Assembly: GCA_965223325.1 (NCBI GenBank) | Contig: CBDCWI010000002.1 | Coordinates: 2,624,001-2,688,000, forward strand | Length of the DNA stretch: 64,000 nucleotides | DNA from: Candidatus Multivoradales bacterium | GTDB lineage: Bacteria > Acidobacteriota > Thermoanaerobaculia > Multivoradales > Multivoraceae | Direction of reading: 5' to 3' | Shown: positions 61,831 through 64,000 of the stretch, one piece after another | How the letters are laid out: every line of letters starts with the position of its first letter | Numbering within the stretch: the first letter of the stretch is position 1 | Translations under genes and position numbers: made by a program | Notes under the pieces: generated by a model | Database searches by the model: none | Told to the model about the DNA's origin: nothing | Seen by the model: the letters and a program-made list of their open reading frames with translations, nothing else

Positions 61831-64000
61831 TTAGACCGTCAGGCTCCAGGCCGCGGTCGAGCCAATCTCGAAACCGTCCGAGAACAGCTCGTCATCTGGC
61901 GCGTCGAGGCCATCGACGCCGTCACTCTCGCCTGCCTGGTCTGCTTCGGCAGAGGGCACATGCTGGGCAGGGTCGCCAAGGAGGTTATAGGACGGCACGC
62001 TCGCCAGGCGGCCGCCGCGGGCGACAAAACGGTCGAACGACGCGAGGATCAGATCGCCCAGCCGCTGGTTGGGGGTTTCCATCGCCAAAAGCGACGCGAG
62101 CTGAAGAGCGAGCTCGACCGAAGCGGCATCGTCGGCCAACCCTGAAGAGCTGAGCGCCGCAACCGCCCCGCCACCAGCCTGAAGCAACAGCTCTTCGGCA
62201 AGCGCCGGCGACCCTGGCAGGCCGTAGCGGGCTGCGGTACAGGTCATTGCGCCGAGAATGAACGGCTGATCGGCGAAGGGATCGAGATCGGGGTTGTCCG
62301 TCGGGCTGGGAAGGTCGTCGGTCGTCAGGAGTTGTTCGGCCGCGAGCGCTGTCAGCGCTCCGTGGCCGAAGTAGGAGACCCAACCGGCGCCGCGATCGAG
62401 GGCTTCGAACAGGCTTCGACGCGTGGTGACGGTGCCACCGGGCGAAAGCACCACATCCTCGATATCGAACGCATAGGCGAGAGGCGCCAGCGCACTGCGA
62501 CCATCGGGACCGAAGTTGGCTCCTGCTTCGGCGTCATCTGCCAGCATGAGATGACGCTCGGTCCACTCTTCGCCCGCCGCCAGATCGGCTTCGTAGGCAT
62601 CCAGCTTTGCGAGATAGCCGTCGAGTTCGACCGCTGTCACCACCGGGAGTCGCCCGATTGCCGTGTCGGCCAGTCCGTCCGTTTCCGACCTCGACCAGTC
62701 GACGTAAAGGGCATCCGAGGCGAAAAGACCGACCTCGGTTACGGTGAGAAGCGCCGGTACGAGGTTGCCGCCGGCCGCCAGGTGGTCGTGATAGTCGAAG
62801 GTCCCGGCACCCACCAGAACAACGTACGACGGGCCGAGCTCTGACAGGAAGCCCGACAGAGCGGAGGGGTCGAAATCACCGGCCGACCGCTGGTCGAGAA
62901 CGTCCTCGAGCAGAACGACTTCGGCAGCCAGCCCTTCGTCACTACGTCGAGCCGCCAGCTCCTCTGCTCCTGGCAGAAGGTCACGCGCTCCGACCACCGC
63001 GACCCAATCGGCCGAGGTTGGCAGAATCCCATCGAAGCCGGCGGTAACCATGAGCGTTTGCGGCGCGCCCGAGTGCACGAGGTAACGACGTTCTGCGGTC
63101 GTTTCGAGATCGAGACTCCACACTCCAGCGTCGCTCTGTGGAGTCACCGCAATGGCTACAGGTGCGTAGGGCTCGCTGATATCGAGGGCCACGACGCGGT
63201 CAGAAAGCAAGCTGCCCACCGTCGTGGTCGCGGTTTCTTCGGCTTCGAAGATCAGCATGCCACCCATAGCCTCGGCGTAGCGCGGATAGGTGAGCGTGAT
63301 GTGATCGGCGTAGAGAACACCGGCAGTTCGGGAAATCGAAACCAGATTCACGCCTTCTTGCAGCTCTCCCGGTTCCAACTCGTGCTCGAAGACGAGATCT
63401 CCCGAACCGTCTCGGGTCGCCAAACCAAGTGGGTCCGGCGAGCCGTTCAGATAGACCTCGGCGCTATGAGTGGTCGCACCGGCACCAAAAAGCGCAACGC
63501 GCAAATGAACCGCGCCGCTGGCGATCGCCGAGGCCTCGACCGAGACATCGAGCGTCGGCGACCCGGCGTGCAGGGCCTGCCAGAAGAAGATGTCACGAAC
63601 CGGGTCGCGAAGGGCCGCAGTGGCAGCAAAGTTGTTCTCCTCGACGGTCGTGACCTGGGTGTAGGAGACACCGCCACTCCCGCGCTGCGCGAAGGCTGCC
63701 CGCCGCGCCGAGATCTGCGTCCCCGGACGGGGGTACAAGAAGTAGGTCGCGTATTGCCCGTAGATGCTGTCGCGCCCTTCGCCGTAGAAGCGAATGCTCG
63801 ACCCTTCCGGGTCTTCGATCCAGGGGACCGATACTCCCGCGCGCACCAGATCGAACCGGCCCGCGGCAATCTGCGTCGAAGCGACCTCGGGCGTCATGCC
63901 GAAGACTTCGCCCAACTGGGAGACCGTGATCTCGAAGAGACCATCTTCTGGAACCAGGGCGCGCAGGTAGTCAGCCGTCAGCGCCTCGGGCTGCAGCGCC
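61831..64000 (-). CDS. Peptidase C25 (gingipain-like) protein with FxDxFE tail, 5'-partial
   Basis: The frame is open to the window end (VPEDGLFEIT); YVVLVG, IGRLPV, YFGHG, MTC, YNLLGDP; ends LFSDGFEIGSTAAWSLTV. Confidence 0.88.
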   Translation of the reverse strand, partial: ALQPEALTADYLRALVPEDGLFEITVSQLGEVFGMTPEVASTQIAAGRFDLVRAGVSVPWIEDPEGSSIRFYGEGRDSIYGQYATYFLYPRPGTQISARRAAFAQRGSGGVSYTQVTTVEENNFAATAALRDPVRDIFFWQALHAGSPTLDVSVEASAIASGAVHLRVALFGAGATTHSAEVYLNGSPDPLGLATRDGSGDLVFEHELEPGELQEGVNLVSISRTAGVLYADHITLTYPRYAEAMGGMLIFEAEETATTTVGSLLSDRVVALDISEPYAPVAIAVTPQSDAGVWSLDLETTAERRYLVHSGAPQTLMVTAGFDGILPTSADWVAVVGARDLLPGAEELAARRSDEGLAAEVVLLEDVLDQRSAGDFDPSALSGFLSELGPSYVVLVGAGTFDYHDHLAAGGNLVPALLTVTEVGLFASDALYVDWSRSETDGLADTAIGRLPVVTAVELDGYLAKLDAYEADLAAGEEWTERHLMLADDAEAGANFGPDGRSALAPLAYAFDIEDVVLSPGGTVTTRRSLFEALDRGAGWVSYFGHGALTALAAEQLLTTDDLPSPTDNPDLDPFADQPFILGAMTCTAARYGLPGSPALAEELLLQAGGGAVAALSSSGLADDAASVELALQLASLLAMETPNQRLGDLILASFDRFVARGGRLASVPSYNLLGDPAQHVPSAEADQAGESDGVDGLDAPDDELFSDGFEIGSTAAWSLTV

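Noticed and set aside
60631-62145. 504-aa plus-strand ORF
   Set aside because: Antisense shadow of the ThDP enzyme and C25 genes.

Overview
GC-rich (roughly 65%) bacterial chromosomal window with about 48 genes. Two 'orphan' duplicated MacB-type permeases, DUF1592/DUF1552/ankyrin genes and secreted proteins ending in a F-x-D-x-F-E motif suggest Acidobacteriota (possibly Thermoanaerobaculia-like); this assignment is inference. No rRNA, tRNA, CRISPR array or transposase was seen. Main points of interest: (1) an operon encoding an autotransporter-type barrel, a Ser/Thr kinase-TPR-TM-caspase fusion and a secreted Sel1 pseudo-caspase, which looks like a trans-envelope signalling system; (2) a UGA-interrupted redoxin-DsbD-alpha ORF with a UxxC motif and a SECIS-like hairpin, so a probable selenoprotein, with selB in the same window; (3) a membrane-anchored ClpA/B-like ATPase fused to a release-factor-2-like module that lacks GGQ; (4) an Fnr-type regulator, an FNR box and an unannotated 47-aa Cys-rich ORF heading an imelysin/di-heme/HTTM carboxylase operon; (5) two near-identical 166-bp CTAG-bounded hairpin elements plus a 29-bp derivative; (6) a shared C-terminal motif on three unrelated secreted proteins. 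All family calls come from motif recognition by eye; no database searches were run.
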